The notes under the pieces are model-generated. The model ran no database searches. It saw only the letters and a list, made by a program, of their open reading frames with translations, and had not been told where the DNA came from. Below, piece by piece: positions 19,263 through 28,823 of a stretch of DNA of 64,000 bases; position 1 is the stretch's first letter, and each line of letters begins with the position of its first letter. The position numbers and the translations under genes are program-made. Where the stretch lies: contig CAVTEE010000004.1 of assembly GCA_963733775.1 (NCBI GenBank), positions 5,060 through 69,059 of the forward strand, written 5' to 3'. The stretch is from an uncultured Acidobacteriota bacterium (GTDB taxonomy: Bacteria > Acidobacteriota > Terriglobia > Acidiferrales > UBA7541).

Positions 19263-22004
19263 CTAACAATCTAGCTGCTCAAATCGCTCTGTTAGTTTTT
19301 GCATCTCGATGCGCTGCGTTGCCAGCGTCGCTTCTAATCCTCGAATGATCTTTTCCGGCGCACGGCTTCGAAACGTTTCATCGTCGAGCTGTTTTTCCTT
19401 CGACCCAATGGCCTTGCGCAGACCTTCCAATTCCTTCGTGATTTTGGCGCACTCCGCAGCGGCATCCACCGTTTCCGTATACTCGATGCGCAAGTCAAAT
19501 TTCGCGCTCGAGCGCATCGCACCGCCGCCCTGTGCCAGCCGGCCTCCAGTAATCTTCAAGTCCGTCAGTATTCCCAACCGCACAATTCCATCGCGATTCG
19601 ATTCCACCGCCGCGCGTGCCGCTTCATCCGCCACAGAAAGCTCTGCGGCCACCTTCTTTTTGGGGTCCAGCTTCATTTCCGCCCGAATGTTGCGCACCGC
19701 CGTTATGATTTCCTGTAGCAGCCCAAATTCTTCCAGTGCCGCATTATTACTCCAGCTGGCTCGCACCTCTGGAAAACGTTCCAGCGCTATCGATTTTGCT
19801 CCCGCTCTCTGCGGAAATTGGTGCCACAATTCCTCCGTCAGGAAGGGCATAAAGGGGTGCAACAGCCGCAGCGCCCCTTCGAACACCGCAAACAAATTGC
19901 GCCACGCAACAACCGCGCGCTCCTTATCAGCGCTTTGCAGATCGGGTTTCACCCACTCAATGTACCAATCGCAAAAATCGCCCCAAAAAAACTGGTACAC
20001 ACCTTGCGCTCCATCGTGAAACCGGTAATTCGTCAACGCGTCATTCATTTGCTCGGTAGTCGCCGCCAGCCGCGCAAAAATCCACGCATCCCGCAGCGGT
20101 ACAGCGCCCTCAAGCGCATAAGGAGCTTTCGCGCGAATTTCAGAGCTCGCCAATTCTTCTAATTTGGCGCCACCCTGATCAAACTTTTCCAGGTTCACGA
20201 ACAGAAAGCGCGCCGCATTCCATATTTTATTGGCATAATTGCGAGCCCCGCTTAGACGGTCATCCGACAGCACAATGTCCGTCCCCGGTGCCGCCATTGA
20301 CGCGAGACAAAACCGCATCGCGTCCGTGCCGTACTGTTTATTCAGCAATACCGGGTCGAGTCCCGTCCCTTTCGACTTCGACATTTTCTCTCCGCTGCCG
20401 GTGCGCACCAGCGAGTGCAGATACACCGCGCGAAACGGCACTTGCCCCGTAAAATGAATCCCCAGCATAATCATTCGTGCCACCCAGAAAAACAATATGT
20501 CGTAGCCGGTGATCAACAAAGTCGTCGGATAATATGTTTTGAAATCTTTCGTCTCTGCAGGCCAACCCAACGTCGAAAACGGCCACAGTCCTGAGCTAAA
20601 CCAGGTATCCAGCACGTCTTCATCCTGCTTCAGTTTCCCGGACCCGCAGGTTGCGCACTTCGTGGGCGTTTCGCGCGACACCGTAACATGTCCGAAGTCC
20701 TCGCAATACCAAGCCGGAATTCGATGTCCCCACCACAGCTGCCGCGATAATGTCCAATCGCGAATATTTCGCATCCAGTTAAAATATTCTTCTCGCCGAT
20801 TGTCCGGCACGATGCGAATTTCCCCGCGCTCCACTGCATCAATCGCCGGTTCAGCCAGCGGCTTCATTTTGCAAAACCATTGCGTCGACGCCCGCGGCTC
20901 CACGATTGTCTTGCTTCGCTCACACAATCCCACCGCGTGCGTATGCTCGGTAACTTTTTCCAGTAATCCCTGAGTCTTTAAATCCGCGACAATCTTCTTC
21001 CGTGCTTCAAACCGGTCCATCCTCGCGTAAGCGCCCGCCGCGGCGTTCATTTTTCCATCGTCGGTCATCACATTGATTTCCGCCAGGTGATGCCGTCGCC
21101 CAACTTCAAAATCGTTAGGATCGTGCGCAGGTGTTATTTTCACCGCGCCCGTTCCAAATTCGCGATCCACCATCTCGTCGGCGATAATTGGGATCAAGCG
21201 ATTCATCAACGGCAGTGCCACGCTTTTCCCGATCAAATCTTTGTATCGCTCATCTTCGGGATGGACCGCGACGCCCGTATCCCCCAGCATGGTTTCCGGT
21301 CGCGTTGTCGCCACCACCAAAAATTTCGCCGCATCGTTACCGGAATCGGCACCGTCCGCATCGGCCACCGGATACTTGATATGCCACAAGTGCCCTTGCC
21401 GCTCTTCGTGCACCACTTCCAGATCGCTCAAAACCGTCAAACACACCGGGCACCAATTGGTCAGGTAGTGCGCGCGATAAATCAATTTCTCTTCATACAA
21501 TCGCACAAACGCCTCGCGCACCACGCGAGACATCTCCGGCGAAAGCGTGAACTTCTCCCTCGACCAGTCGCAGCTCTCTCCAATCTGCTTCATCTGCTCG
21601 GTAATCGTGTCGCCGCTTTCTTCTTTCCACTTCCACACCCGCTTCTCAAATTCTTCGCGTCCAAGCGCGCGATAATCTATGCCTTCATCGGCCAGTTGCC
21701 GCACCACTGCCCGCTGCGTTGCGATGCCGGCATGATCAGTGCCCGGTAAATACAAGGTGTTGTATCCGCGCATGCGATGCCAACGCGTCAGGATATCTAT
21801 CTCGGTATGCTCCAGCATGTGCCCGATGTGCAGCGATCCGGTCACGTTGGGCGGCGGAATCACGATGGAAAAAATCGGCGGTGGCGCATCCGCATCAGCG
21901 CGGAATAGAGCCTCGGCGACCCAATAATCGGCCCATTTCGGTTCAATCTCTTGTGGTTGGTAACCTTTTGGAATTTCGCGAGCCATCAATGCAAATTTCT
22001 CCAC
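19263..22004 (-). CDS. valS: valine--tRNA ligase
   Basis: 913 aa; class I signatures PPPNVTGSLHIGH and KMSKSKGT; C-terminal coiled coil. Confidence 0.95.
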   Translation of the reverse strand: MEKFALMAREIPKGYQPQEIEPKWADYWVAEALFRADADAPPPIFSIVIPPPNVTGSLHIGHMLEHTEIDILTRWHRMRGYNTLYLPGTDHAGIATQRAVVRQLADEGIDYRALGREEFEKRVWKWKEESGDTITEQMKQIGESCDWSREKFTLSPEMSRVVREAFVRLYEEKLIYRAHYLTNWCPVCLTVLSDLEVVHEERQGHLWHIKYPVADADGADSGNDAAKFLVVATTRPETMLGDTGVAVHPEDERYKDLIGKSVALPLMNRLIPIIADEMVDREFGTGAVKITPAHDPNDFEVGRRHHLAEINVMTDDGKMNAAAGAYARMDRFEARKKIVADLKTQGLLEKVTEHTHAVGLCERSKTIVEPRASTQWFCKMKPLAEPAIDAVERGEIRIVPDNRREEYFNWMRNIRDWTLSRQLWWGHRIPAWYCEDFGHVTVSRETPTKCATCGSGKLKQDEDVLDTWFSSGLWPFSTLGWPAETKDFKTYYPTTLLITGYDILFFWVARMIMLGIHFTGQVPFRAVYLHSLVRTGSGEKMSKSKGTGLDPVLLNKQYGTDAMRFCLASMAAPGTDIVLSDDRLSGARNYANKIWNAARFLFVNLEKFDQGGAKLEELASSEIRAKAPYALEGAVPLRDAWIFARLAATTEQMNDALTNYRFHDGAQGVYQFFWGDFCDWYIEWVKPDLQSADKERAVVAWRNLFAVFEGALRLLHPFMPFLTEELWHQFPQRAGAKSIALERFPEVRASWSNNAALEEFGLLQEIITAVRNIRAEMKLDPKKKVAAELSVADEAARAAVESNRDGIVRLGILTDLKITGGRLAQGGGAMRSSAKFDLRIEYTETVDAAAECAKITKELEGLRKAIGSKEKQLDDETFRSRAPEKIIRGLEATLATQRIEMQKLTERFEQLDC

Positions 22005-22179
22005 CAGTGCCTGGCACTATCGGCCATTCAACTGCCACCACAACTTCTTTTCGAGAATGATCTTCGACTATACGAGGGACAAAGCGGAGTCGTCATTCAT
22101 TATGCCCCAGTCAAACCGCAACCGAGCCGTTCGGAACGTTAATATCAATAAGGCCTTCGAAAACATCAGCAGGGAAGAG

Positions 22180-24189
22180 CTACTTCTTTGATTTCAGTTC
22201 GTCTTGCACCATCGAGGCTATTACCGGCTTCAGGAGTTCTCGCGTTACCGCCTGCATGACTTCGGGACTGAGCTTTGACAATACCTTGGCCACCATCTCA
22301 TCCACTTCCGTTTGCGTTGCCGTCGGGTGCGTCGAAACCATTTCCGAAGCCGACAAATCCGAAATTACTGCAGCCAGGGCATCAGAGGAAACGTTGCCGC
22401 TGCCGCTTGACAAATCCGAGCTGTCGTTTCTTATCGTCCGAGCATTTTCCACTGCATCGGTTGTCGCAGTCTTTGCCGATTCCAATGCCGCCGCCCACGG
22501 GTTGGAAGTCTTTGGATCACTGTCCCAGGGGCTCGCCGGGCTCGAAAACCAGCTATTGACTGGATTAGGCTCAGCCTGTTTCGCACTCTGCCGCACAATT
22601 TCTTCCTGCCGAGCAGTTTCTTCTTCTCGCGCAATTCTTTCCTGCCGAGCAGTTTCTTCTTGTCGTGCAAGCTCTTCGTGTAGCGCAAGCTCTTCTTGTC
22701 GTGCCGCTTCTTCTTGTCGTGCCGCTTCTTCTTGTCGTGCCGCTTCTTCCTGTCGCGCAGCTTCTTCCCGTCGCGCAAGCTCTTCTTGTCGTGCCGCTTC
22801 TTCTTGTCGTGCCGCTTCTTCCTGTCGCGCAAGCTCTTCTTGTCGTGCCGCTTCTTCCTGTCGCGCAATCTCTTCTTGCCGTACAGCTTCTTCCTGTCTT
22901 GCAACCTCGTGCTGCCGGGCCGCCTCTTCCAGATGTGCAATCTCTGGCAATGCTTCGCTGATCACTTCGTTGGTGACCTCGCCAACCTGCTGGCCAACGA
23001 AATCATTCTGGCTCGCAAACCGCACGCTCGCTGGTCCTGTCAAAAATTCAGATTCCTCCGCGAGCCCAATCGCCCCCTCATCACCGGAAAATGTCTCTTT
23101 CTGTTCCAAAAATCTCGTTTGAGGCGGTTCCTCGACCAGATTTCTAGCTGCGCTCGCCTCTTCCGTCTTGGCATCCAGCGATTCGCTCTCGAGCGTGCCG
23201 ATTTCCGAAACAAATGCGCCCATGTCGGCCGGCACTTCAGCGGCCGTGACAAAGCCGCCCTTGTCTTCTGTTTCTCCCCACGTTTCTCTCGCGCTTTTCC
23301 TTCCGATCGTTGGCAATGTCGGCAGGTCGCGCCAATCTCGCACCGGCCCACTTTCGTCGTCTGCCCGAGAATTATTCGTAGTCTCCTCGCGCCGCCACGA
23401 AGGTTCCGTTTCTTTCGATCCTTCTTCCTCTTCTTCAGCCACCTCGTTTGGTTCGTCTACCTCAGGCCAGTCGCTAGTGGTTTTTTGCGTTTCATAGGAC
23501 GAAGTGAATTCTGGTTCCTCGGTGGTTGTCGGTCCCAACAATTCCCCGAACGCCATGGTCTGTTCGGCCGCGTCGACTTTCACCGGTTCCGGAGCCGTGG
23601 GAGTATCCACAAAGCTGTCATCACCCACCACGATCGCTTCTGGCGTTGAAGTACGACTAAATGACAACCCACCTAGCGGAGAACCTGGCGGCTGCGCTGG
23701 CGGTGGCGCGACCGAAAACGCTGGAGCTGGCGTGAATGACAAAACATCGGCAGACTTTCGCGTAGCAGTCGCGAGAATTTTCTTTTCTCGGCCCCCCTCT
23801 GCCTGACCCAGCGAAACTCCCGCCCGTTGAAGCGCGGACTTCACCATGACGATCAACGGATCTGGCGGAACAAACGGCTTTTTCAATACTCCGTCGGCCC
23901 CTACTCGTTGTGCTTCCTGTTCATCCAGAGGATCAAATGCGCCGACCAACAGAATTACCGGGATATGTTTCAGCGAGGGATCTTCTTTGACATACTGGCA
24001 AACTTCGTACCCGTTGCGTACCGGCATGAACACGTCCGCCAAAACTAGATCGGGGCGGATTTCGGAAATTTTTCGCACCGCGGCTTCGCCGTTGCCGACC
24101 GCGACGACATCAATACCCTGATCCTTCAGGGCCAGCCCCACCATCCGCTGGATGTTGCTGTTGTCGTCCGCAACCAGAATCTTGGCCAC
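22180..24189 (-). CDS. response-regulator receiver (REC) domain protein with long acidic/low-complexity and Glu/Arg-repeat C-terminal region
   Basis: ORF 22180..24288. REC motifs KILVADDNSNIQRMV...DLVLADVFMP...KHIPVILLVGAFDP. The probable start is GTG 24189, preceded by GGAGGA. No output domain recognised. Confidence 0.8.
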   Translation of the reverse strand: MAKILVADDNSNIQRMVGLALKDQGIDVVAVGNGEAAVRKISEIRPDLVLADVFMPVRNGYEVCQYVKEDPSLKHIPVILLVGAFDPLDEQEAQRVGADGVLKKPFVPPDPLIVMVKSALQRAGVSLGQAEGGREKKILATATRKSADVLSFTPAPAFSVAPPPAQPPGSPLGGLSFSRTSTPEAIVVGDDSFVDTPTAPEPVKVDAAEQTMAFGELLGPTTTEEPEFTSSYETQKTTSDWPEVDEPNEVAEEEEEGSKETEPSWRREETTNNSRADDESGPVRDWRDLPTLPTIGRKSARETWGETEDKGGFVTAAEVPADMGAFVSEIGTLESESLDAKTEEASAARNLVEEPPQTRFLEQKETFSGDEGAIGLAEESEFLTGPASVRFASQNDFVGQQVGEVTNEVISEALPEIAHLEEAARQHEVARQEEAVRQEEIARQEEAARQEELARQEEAARQEEAARQEELARREEAARQEEAARQEEAARQEEAARQEELALHEELARQEETARQERIAREEETARQEEIVRQSAKQAEPNPVNSWFSSPASPWDSDPKTSNPWAAALESAKTATTDAVENARTIRNDSSDLSSGSGNVSSDALAAVISDLSASEMVSTHPTATQTEVDEMVAKVLSKLSPEVMQAVTRELLKPVIASMVQDELKSKK
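22585..22935 (-). repeat. in-frame 18-bp tandem repeat (about 19 units) encoding (E-E-A-A-R-Q)n inside the REC protein
   Basis: Plus-strand unit cttgtcgtgccgcttctt repeated with small variations. All six frames stay open across it, which explains the stack of spurious ORFs 22256..23122, 22431..22940, 22665..22961 and 22696..23649. Confidence 0.9.
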
Positions 24190-24371
24190 CCACGTCCTCC
24201 GCGAAATGTAATGCAGACCCCAAGCATTGGCAGCCGGGATTTTGCTCGATTCTTCAGGTATTTGAGCATCCTCCACCGTGGTCGTCAACGCATCAACGGA
24301 TTACGTGTGTCCCAAGTGAATACGCCAGTTACCTGCCCCAATGGCCGGGGTCTAACCACTCCGTATATGGC

Positions 24372-24400
24372 AAAAAAAAAGCGTGGCCAGAGGCCACGCC
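24372..24400 (-). terminator. intrinsic terminator downstream of bamD
   Basis: Perfect 8-bp stem GCGTGGCC-aga-GGCCACGC at 24381-24399, flanked by A9 on the plus strand (a U-run on the minus-strand transcript), 22 nt after the bamD stop. Confidence 0.75.
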
Positions 24401-24421
24401 TTTTCGCCTGATGTTCTAGGC

Positions 24422-25888
24422 CTACCAGGGGACTAGCTTTCGGACGCCTTTTTTCTTTTTGCTGCTCGATTCTTTCCCATTGTCGCCTTGGTTTACCGTA
24501 TCGGTCTGGGTGGCGTCAGTCTTCGCGTCGGTAGTACTTGTTGTTCCAGGGGTGGTCGCTGCGCTCGTATCGGTTCCGGTCGCTACCGCCGCCTGTCCAC
24601 CATTAGGAGTTGCGGTAGGAGTTTCGGGTGCAGCCGACGTCGATTCTCCTGGAGTCGCTTCCGGCTGCGCCGCAGGCGGCGTAGCACTGCCATCCGCCGG
24701 TGCACTAGCATCCGCGGGTGCAGCTCCTTCCGTGCCGCTGCTCTCCTCTGTTTTCGGGCCGCCCGGCGTTACCGTAGCCACGATCCCAGTCGTATTCCCG
24801 GCAGCACCGGTCGTCGCTCCGCCTCCGCCGCTCCCACCGACCACAATGCGCGACGAGTTGCCCCCCGTAAGCACATCTGTTGCCGACGAAGTATCCGCTT
24901 CGGGCTCAAGATTCGGCTCGCCCACCCGCGCCGCAGTTTTCATTTCGCCCGTCGGCCCGGAATGTAGAACTCCTAGCGGTTTCTTCGCTAGACTGGTATG
25001 CGGCCGCGGAGCGTTCTGTTCCGCAACCATTCGTGCGCGAGCTTTCGGATCGGGCTGTGGCACCGGAACCTTCATGGCCACCAGCCGCGCCTTAGCCTGC
25101 GGTGCCTCACTGGAAAGCGGGTAATTTTTCACAATCCGCGCGTAGTAATTTGCCGCAACCTCTTTTTTCTCCGCCTTATCGAAAATGTCCGCCAACATCC
25201 AAAGCGCATGATCCGATCTGCTGTACAGCGGATAACGATTGGTTACCCCAATCAGCCGAGCCGCCGCCGCGCGCTTATCGCCTTTCGCGTAGTAATAGTA
25301 AGCCACACGGTAATCGCCCTCCGCGATCACCTCTTGCACTTCCCGCAAATGTTGCATCGCTTTATCCGCCAGCGGATCCTTCGGATATTTCAGCAGGAAC
25401 GTCTGGAACTCGTTCTCCGCTTCTTTCGCTTCGGTGCGATCCCGGTCCGGTTTCTCCATTTGCCGGAAGTGCCCCATGGCCACCTGCAGTTGCGCGTAAG
25501 ACGCTTCCGGAAGGAAAGGGAAGAACACGATAAAATCTTTGTAGCCCGAGATGGCCTGCGTCATATTGGCTGTCCCGCCCTCTTTATAATAAGAATCGGC
25601 GATTAACAATTTCGCTTTGGCCAAGTATTCGCTGTCGGGATAAGTGTTGATAAGGGTCTGCAGGTTTAGCCGTCCAACCTCATGCTTACCGTGCTTTATA
25701 TCGTCCGCAGCGCGGTCGTATAAAACTTTATCCGGCTGAACGTTGTTGTCCACGCTAGTGGACTTATCAACTTTTTTCTTCTTGTGCAGGATTTGGGCGT
25801 TGGACCGCGTCGCCCCCATCAGGAAAATCGCCATCATCAACAGGTACGCTAAACGATTGCTAGTGGCATACGGCGGAGTACGTAGCAA
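24422..25888 (-). CDS. bamD: outer-membrane protein assembly factor BamD (YfiO-like TPR lipoprotein) with ~210-aa low-complexity tail
   Basis: TPR-rich N-terminal 270 aa (YDRAADDIKHGKHEVGRLNLQTLINTYPDSEYLAKAKLLIADSYY..., VAYYYYAKGDKRAAAARL). The tail is rich in T/A/G/P. Confidence 0.75.
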   Translation of the reverse strand: MLRTPPYATSNRLAYLLMMAIFLMGATRSNAQILHKKKKVDKSTSVDNNVQPDKVLYDRAADDIKHGKHEVGRLNLQTLINTYPDSEYLAKAKLLIADSYYKEGGTANMTQAISGYKDFIVFFPFLPEASYAQLQVAMGHFRQMEKPDRDRTEAKEAENEFQTFLLKYPKDPLADKAMQHLREVQEVIAEGDYRVAYYYYAKGDKRAAAARLIGVTNRYPLYSRSDHALWMLADIFDKAEKKEVAANYYARIVKNYPLSSEAPQAKARLVAMKVPVPQPDPKARARMVAEQNAPRPHTSLAKKPLGVLHSGPTGEMKTAARVGEPNLEPEADTSSATDVLTGGNSSRIVVGGSGGGGATTGAAGNTTGIVATVTPGGPKTEESSGTEGAAPADASAPADGSATPPAAQPEATPGESTSAAPETPTATPNGGQAAVATGTDTSAATTPGTTSTTDAKTDATQTDTVNQGDNGKESSSKKKKGVRKLVPW

Positions 25889-26158
25889 ACAACACCTCTC
25901 TAAGTATTGAAATTCCTTTTCGAATCTCTGCCGCGGCCGCTAGGGGAGAGCCGCTCGAAACCCCGAACCCCGGGATTATAACCTGAACGAAAGGCCGGTC
26001 CCCACTCATCTTTGCCCCTTCGGCCAGGTAAATACCGTTAATGAGAACCACCCCCATACCTCGGGGTTGCCTCCGTATCTTCTTTTATTCTTATCTTTTC
26101 TGGACACACGCGCCAAGAATTCATGACGTGTCAACTATGCAAGGAGCCCAGTTCGGCG

Positions 26159-26200
26159 GAGGGTGCCCCGCCCTCGGGTTTTTGGAGGGTGGGTCTTTTA
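26159..26200 (+). repeat. dispersed palindromic repeat, family B (copy B1)
   Basis: ggagggtgCCCCGCCCTCgggtttttgGAGGGTGGGtctttta. Same architecture as the copies at 52111-52149, 52231-52270 and in the 54.45-54.81 kb array. Confidence 0.7.
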
Positions 26201-26304
26201 ACGTGGAAACACCAGAAGCTCTAGCCACAAAGCTTCCGATTCCGTCGCAGACGCAATGGAACTCACACGAATTCAAATTATTCAATTATCGATTTTATAC
26301 AGAC

Positions 26305-27024
26305 CTACAACGCTATAGTGAGCTCAACCGGTGCAGAAGCCGGAATCCGCGACCCCGCCAACGGCGACTGATCCACCACCGCGCCATGCGGCCATTGCGG
26401 AGCCGTCACATAGTTCACTTTGCGCCGCAGCCCCGCAATATCCAGACGGTGCTGCGCGTCGGTTTCATTCAGTCCCACCAGATGCGGCATCACGTAAGCC
26501 TTATCCAGGTCGCCTTGCGAGACCAATACATCCACGCGCGGCGTAGCCGCCCCAGTGCCCGGCTTCGGATTCTGAATCACCACCGTATCCGCAGGCACCT
26601 TGGGCAACGTGATATTGGAAACTTCACCGATTTGCAGCCCTTCGCGCAGCATCTCTATCCGGGACACTCTGAGCGTAGTTCCTTCCAGCCGAGGAATGGT
26701 CAGTTGCCGCTGTCCCAAGCTAAGCACCACGTGAGCTTGTTGCGACACCTTCATCAGCAGTCCTGCCGTCGGCGTTTGCCTCACCACCACGTTAGCCGGT
26801 AAATCGCTGTACACGCGATCCGCCACTCGCAAAACTAAACCGCGGGAGCGCAACAGGTGGCTGGCCTCCGTAACGTTCTTCCCCACAAGATTCGGCATCG
26901 TCACTTCGCGCCCGTGTATCGCCACCCGCATGGCCGTAATCGCGCTTAGAAATGCCGCCGACGCCAGAATGAAAACCAGCAGCGACATCCGGCTTACCCA
27001 TTCCAGTCGTTCGCGCAGGGTCAT
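26305..27024 (-). CDS. membrane-anchored protein with three PASTA domains
   Basis: 239 aa: N-terminal TM (MSLLVFILASAAFLSAITAM), then three ~65-aa repeats starting VTMPNLVGKNVTEA, LTIPRLEGTTLRVS and YVMPHLVGLNETDA, each ending in a ...Q.P..G... pattern typical of PASTA. Confidence 0.8.
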   Translation of the reverse strand: MTLRERLEWVSRMSLLVFILASAAFLSAITAMRVAIHGREVTMPNLVGKNVTEASHLLRSRGLVLRVADRVYSDLPANVVVRQTPTAGLLMKVSQQAHVVLSLGQRQLTIPRLEGTTLRVSRIEMLREGLQIGEVSNITLPKVPADTVVIQNPKPGTGAATPRVDVLVSQGDLDKAYVMPHLVGLNETDAQHRLDIAGLRRKVNYVTAPQWPHGAVVDQSPLAGSRIPASAPVELTIAL

Positions 27025-27050
27025 AATAGAATCTCAGCTCAAAAAAATAA

Positions 27051-28823
27051 TCAGTCCGAGCCCTTGTCGTGTGTCGCGTTCGTCGACGCCACCAAAGGCG
27101 GCGCAGGATACTCCGGCAATTTGTCTTTGCTGGTGTCCGCGCGTTTCACTTCCAGTTCTCCGAACAGCAGCGACGGGCTGATGATCGTCGTCGGCGCTCC
27201 TCCGGACCGGTTACTCACCAGCGGGTCATCACCCGCAGCAATCAGATCGCTCCTCATCGCGCGTATGTCCAGCTCGCTGAACACCGCTCCGCGCACCAAT
27301 TCTTCATGTCCGTCCTTCGCATAGACGCGGTAAAGCAGGCGCGGCGTGTTGCCTGGCCCAAGCGTGTCTACGCGATAGGCGTACGGCAAACCTTGATCCG
27401 CCACAATCTGGAGCGCGCGTTGCCTTAACGCCGCCGGACTTTGCGCGTCCGAGCTCTTCACTACTAACACGCCGACGCCCGCGGCGGGGAAGACCCCTGG
27501 CGCAGCTCGGCCATGCCCGTTCGAGGTGGTAAAATCGCGTATCGGTTGGCGCCCCACTAGATAATTTGTCAACGTTCCGTTATCAATCACGGTTACGCGC
27601 TGGGCCTTGACTCCTTCGCTGTCCACGTCATAACTTCCCACCGTGCTCTTGCCTTGAAATTCTTTCAAGGCCGGGTCATCCACCACGTTCAAAAAGTTTG
27701 GCAGCACCCGCGTCTTGTAGCTGGACGCAAACGACCCCGTCGTGCGATTTGGCTTTCCAAGCTGCGGCTTGCGCCCCACAACGTTCTGTCCGATCAACGA
27801 GGCTACGATGTCATCTGCCGCGTCCGGTGCGAATAAAACCGGACCACGGTATTCCTCTTCCACGATCGGAGCATTTCGCAACGCCACCACGGTTTCCAAA
27901 GTTTTTTTCGCATCGTTCATTAATTGATCGTGGCTCGGTAATTCTTCCGCGCGCGCCACCATCCATGCCGGATTGCGCATCACGCGCATTCCGTCTTCTG
28001 CCTGTGCCGCGCTATTCAATTGCACGCTGTAGGTCGCTCGCCCGTCACGCGTTACTGTCCCTTCCGAATTCACAAAATACTCGTTCACTCCCGTGAACCG
28101 CGCCGACGCCGTCGAAGACTGCACATCCGGATACTGCTTATATAGCTGCGTCACATCCTCAAGCGTCTTTTTCCACTCCTTCTGATCGACCTCTAATCTC
28201 GTTACTGGTTCCAACGAGATCACTTCTGGCTCTTTAGCGAAATCATCGACCGCGTTCGGATCCGCGCTGAACTGTTTCAGTGCCGCCTGTTTTTCCGCGA
28301 AGGCTTCCCCCGCGCTCTTATACGCCTCATCCGTCGCCGTCCAAATCTGGTGACGCAAAGCGATCGGGTCGTTATCCAGCGGCAGAATATTTGTCTCCCC
28401 TATACCCTGGCTGAAATAACTATCTTGTTTGTAGTCCCCGATACGCACCACCACTCGCAATATGCGCACGTGCACCCGCTGGCTCTGGACCAACGCGCCA
28501 AATGCCGCCTCCGCGCTGTAATCATCCACATCGTTCACGCGGTATTCGATGTAGTAAGGTGCCTGCACCTGATCCATCTTCAAATGCGTGTAAGACCGCG
28601 ATAATTCCGTGAGCAGCGCTTCAAGTAACGCGTCACCCTTCGCCGCCGCGACGGCCGCCGTCATCGCGCTGGAATTTAGAGCCCTGCCTGCATCTGCAGG
28701 CTTGGCAGTTTCTGTCGCCGGCGAATCGTTTACGGCCCTCTCGTTTACCGGAGTGCGCGCTACAACAATCTGCGTGGCAAAAAATAAAATCCCGCTCAAT
28801 AAGGCTAGACAAGTTCTCTTCAC
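27051..28823 (-). CDS. TldD/PmbA-family protein, PmbA-like (no HExxxH), with signal peptide
   Basis: 590 aa; signal MKRTCLALLSGILFFATQIVVA; paralogous by eye to the upstream gene (shared ...NGHGR..PG...P...VL/LIV.SS and DTLGP/DDIQGG blocks). Its GTG start overlaps the upstream stop (GTGA). Confidence 0.7.
   Translation of the reverse strand: MKRTCLALLSGILFFATQIVVARTPVNERAVNDSPATETAKPADAGRALNSSAMTAAVAAAKGDALLEALLTELSRSYTHLKMDQVQAPYYIEYRVNDVDDYSAEAAFGALVQSQRVHVRILRVVVRIGDYKQDSYFSQGIGETNILPLDNDPIALRHQIWTATDEAYKSAGEAFAEKQAALKQFSADPNAVDDFAKEPEVISLEPVTRLEVDQKEWKKTLEDVTQLYKQYPDVQSSTASARFTGVNEYFVNSEGTVTRDGRATYSVQLNSAAQAEDGMRVMRNPAWMVARAEELPSHDQLMNDAKKTLETVVALRNAPIVEEEYRGPVLFAPDAADDIVASLIGQNVVGRKPQLGKPNRTTGSFASSYKTRVLPNFLNVVDDPALKEFQGKSTVGSYDVDSEGVKAQRVTVIDNGTLTNYLVGRQPIRDFTTSNGHGRAAPGVFPAAGVGVLVVKSSDAQSPAALRQRALQIVADQGLPYAYRVDTLGPGNTPRLLYRVYAKDGHEELVRGAVFSELDIRAMRSDLIAAGDDPLVSNRSGGAPTTIISPSLLFGELEVKRADTSKDKLPEYPAPPLVASTNATHDKGSD

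Noticed and set aside
22585-22935. Possible non-coding minisatellite or CRISPR-like repeat
   Set aside because: The 18-bp period is a multiple of three and lies in frame inside a long ORF with a bona fide REC domain. I interpret it as a coding (EEAARQ)n repeat. The overlapping ORFs in other frames are by-products.
25889-26158. Possible ncRNA (6S, SRP, RNase P, tmRNA) or riboswitch in the 415-bp gap between the PASTA gene and bamD
   Set aside because: I found none of the conserved boxes I know (RNase P GGAAAGUCC, SRP GGAA tetraloop domain, tmRNA tag/acceptor). It is most simply the bamD promoter and leader plus one family-B repeat. A covariance-model scan would be needed to say more.
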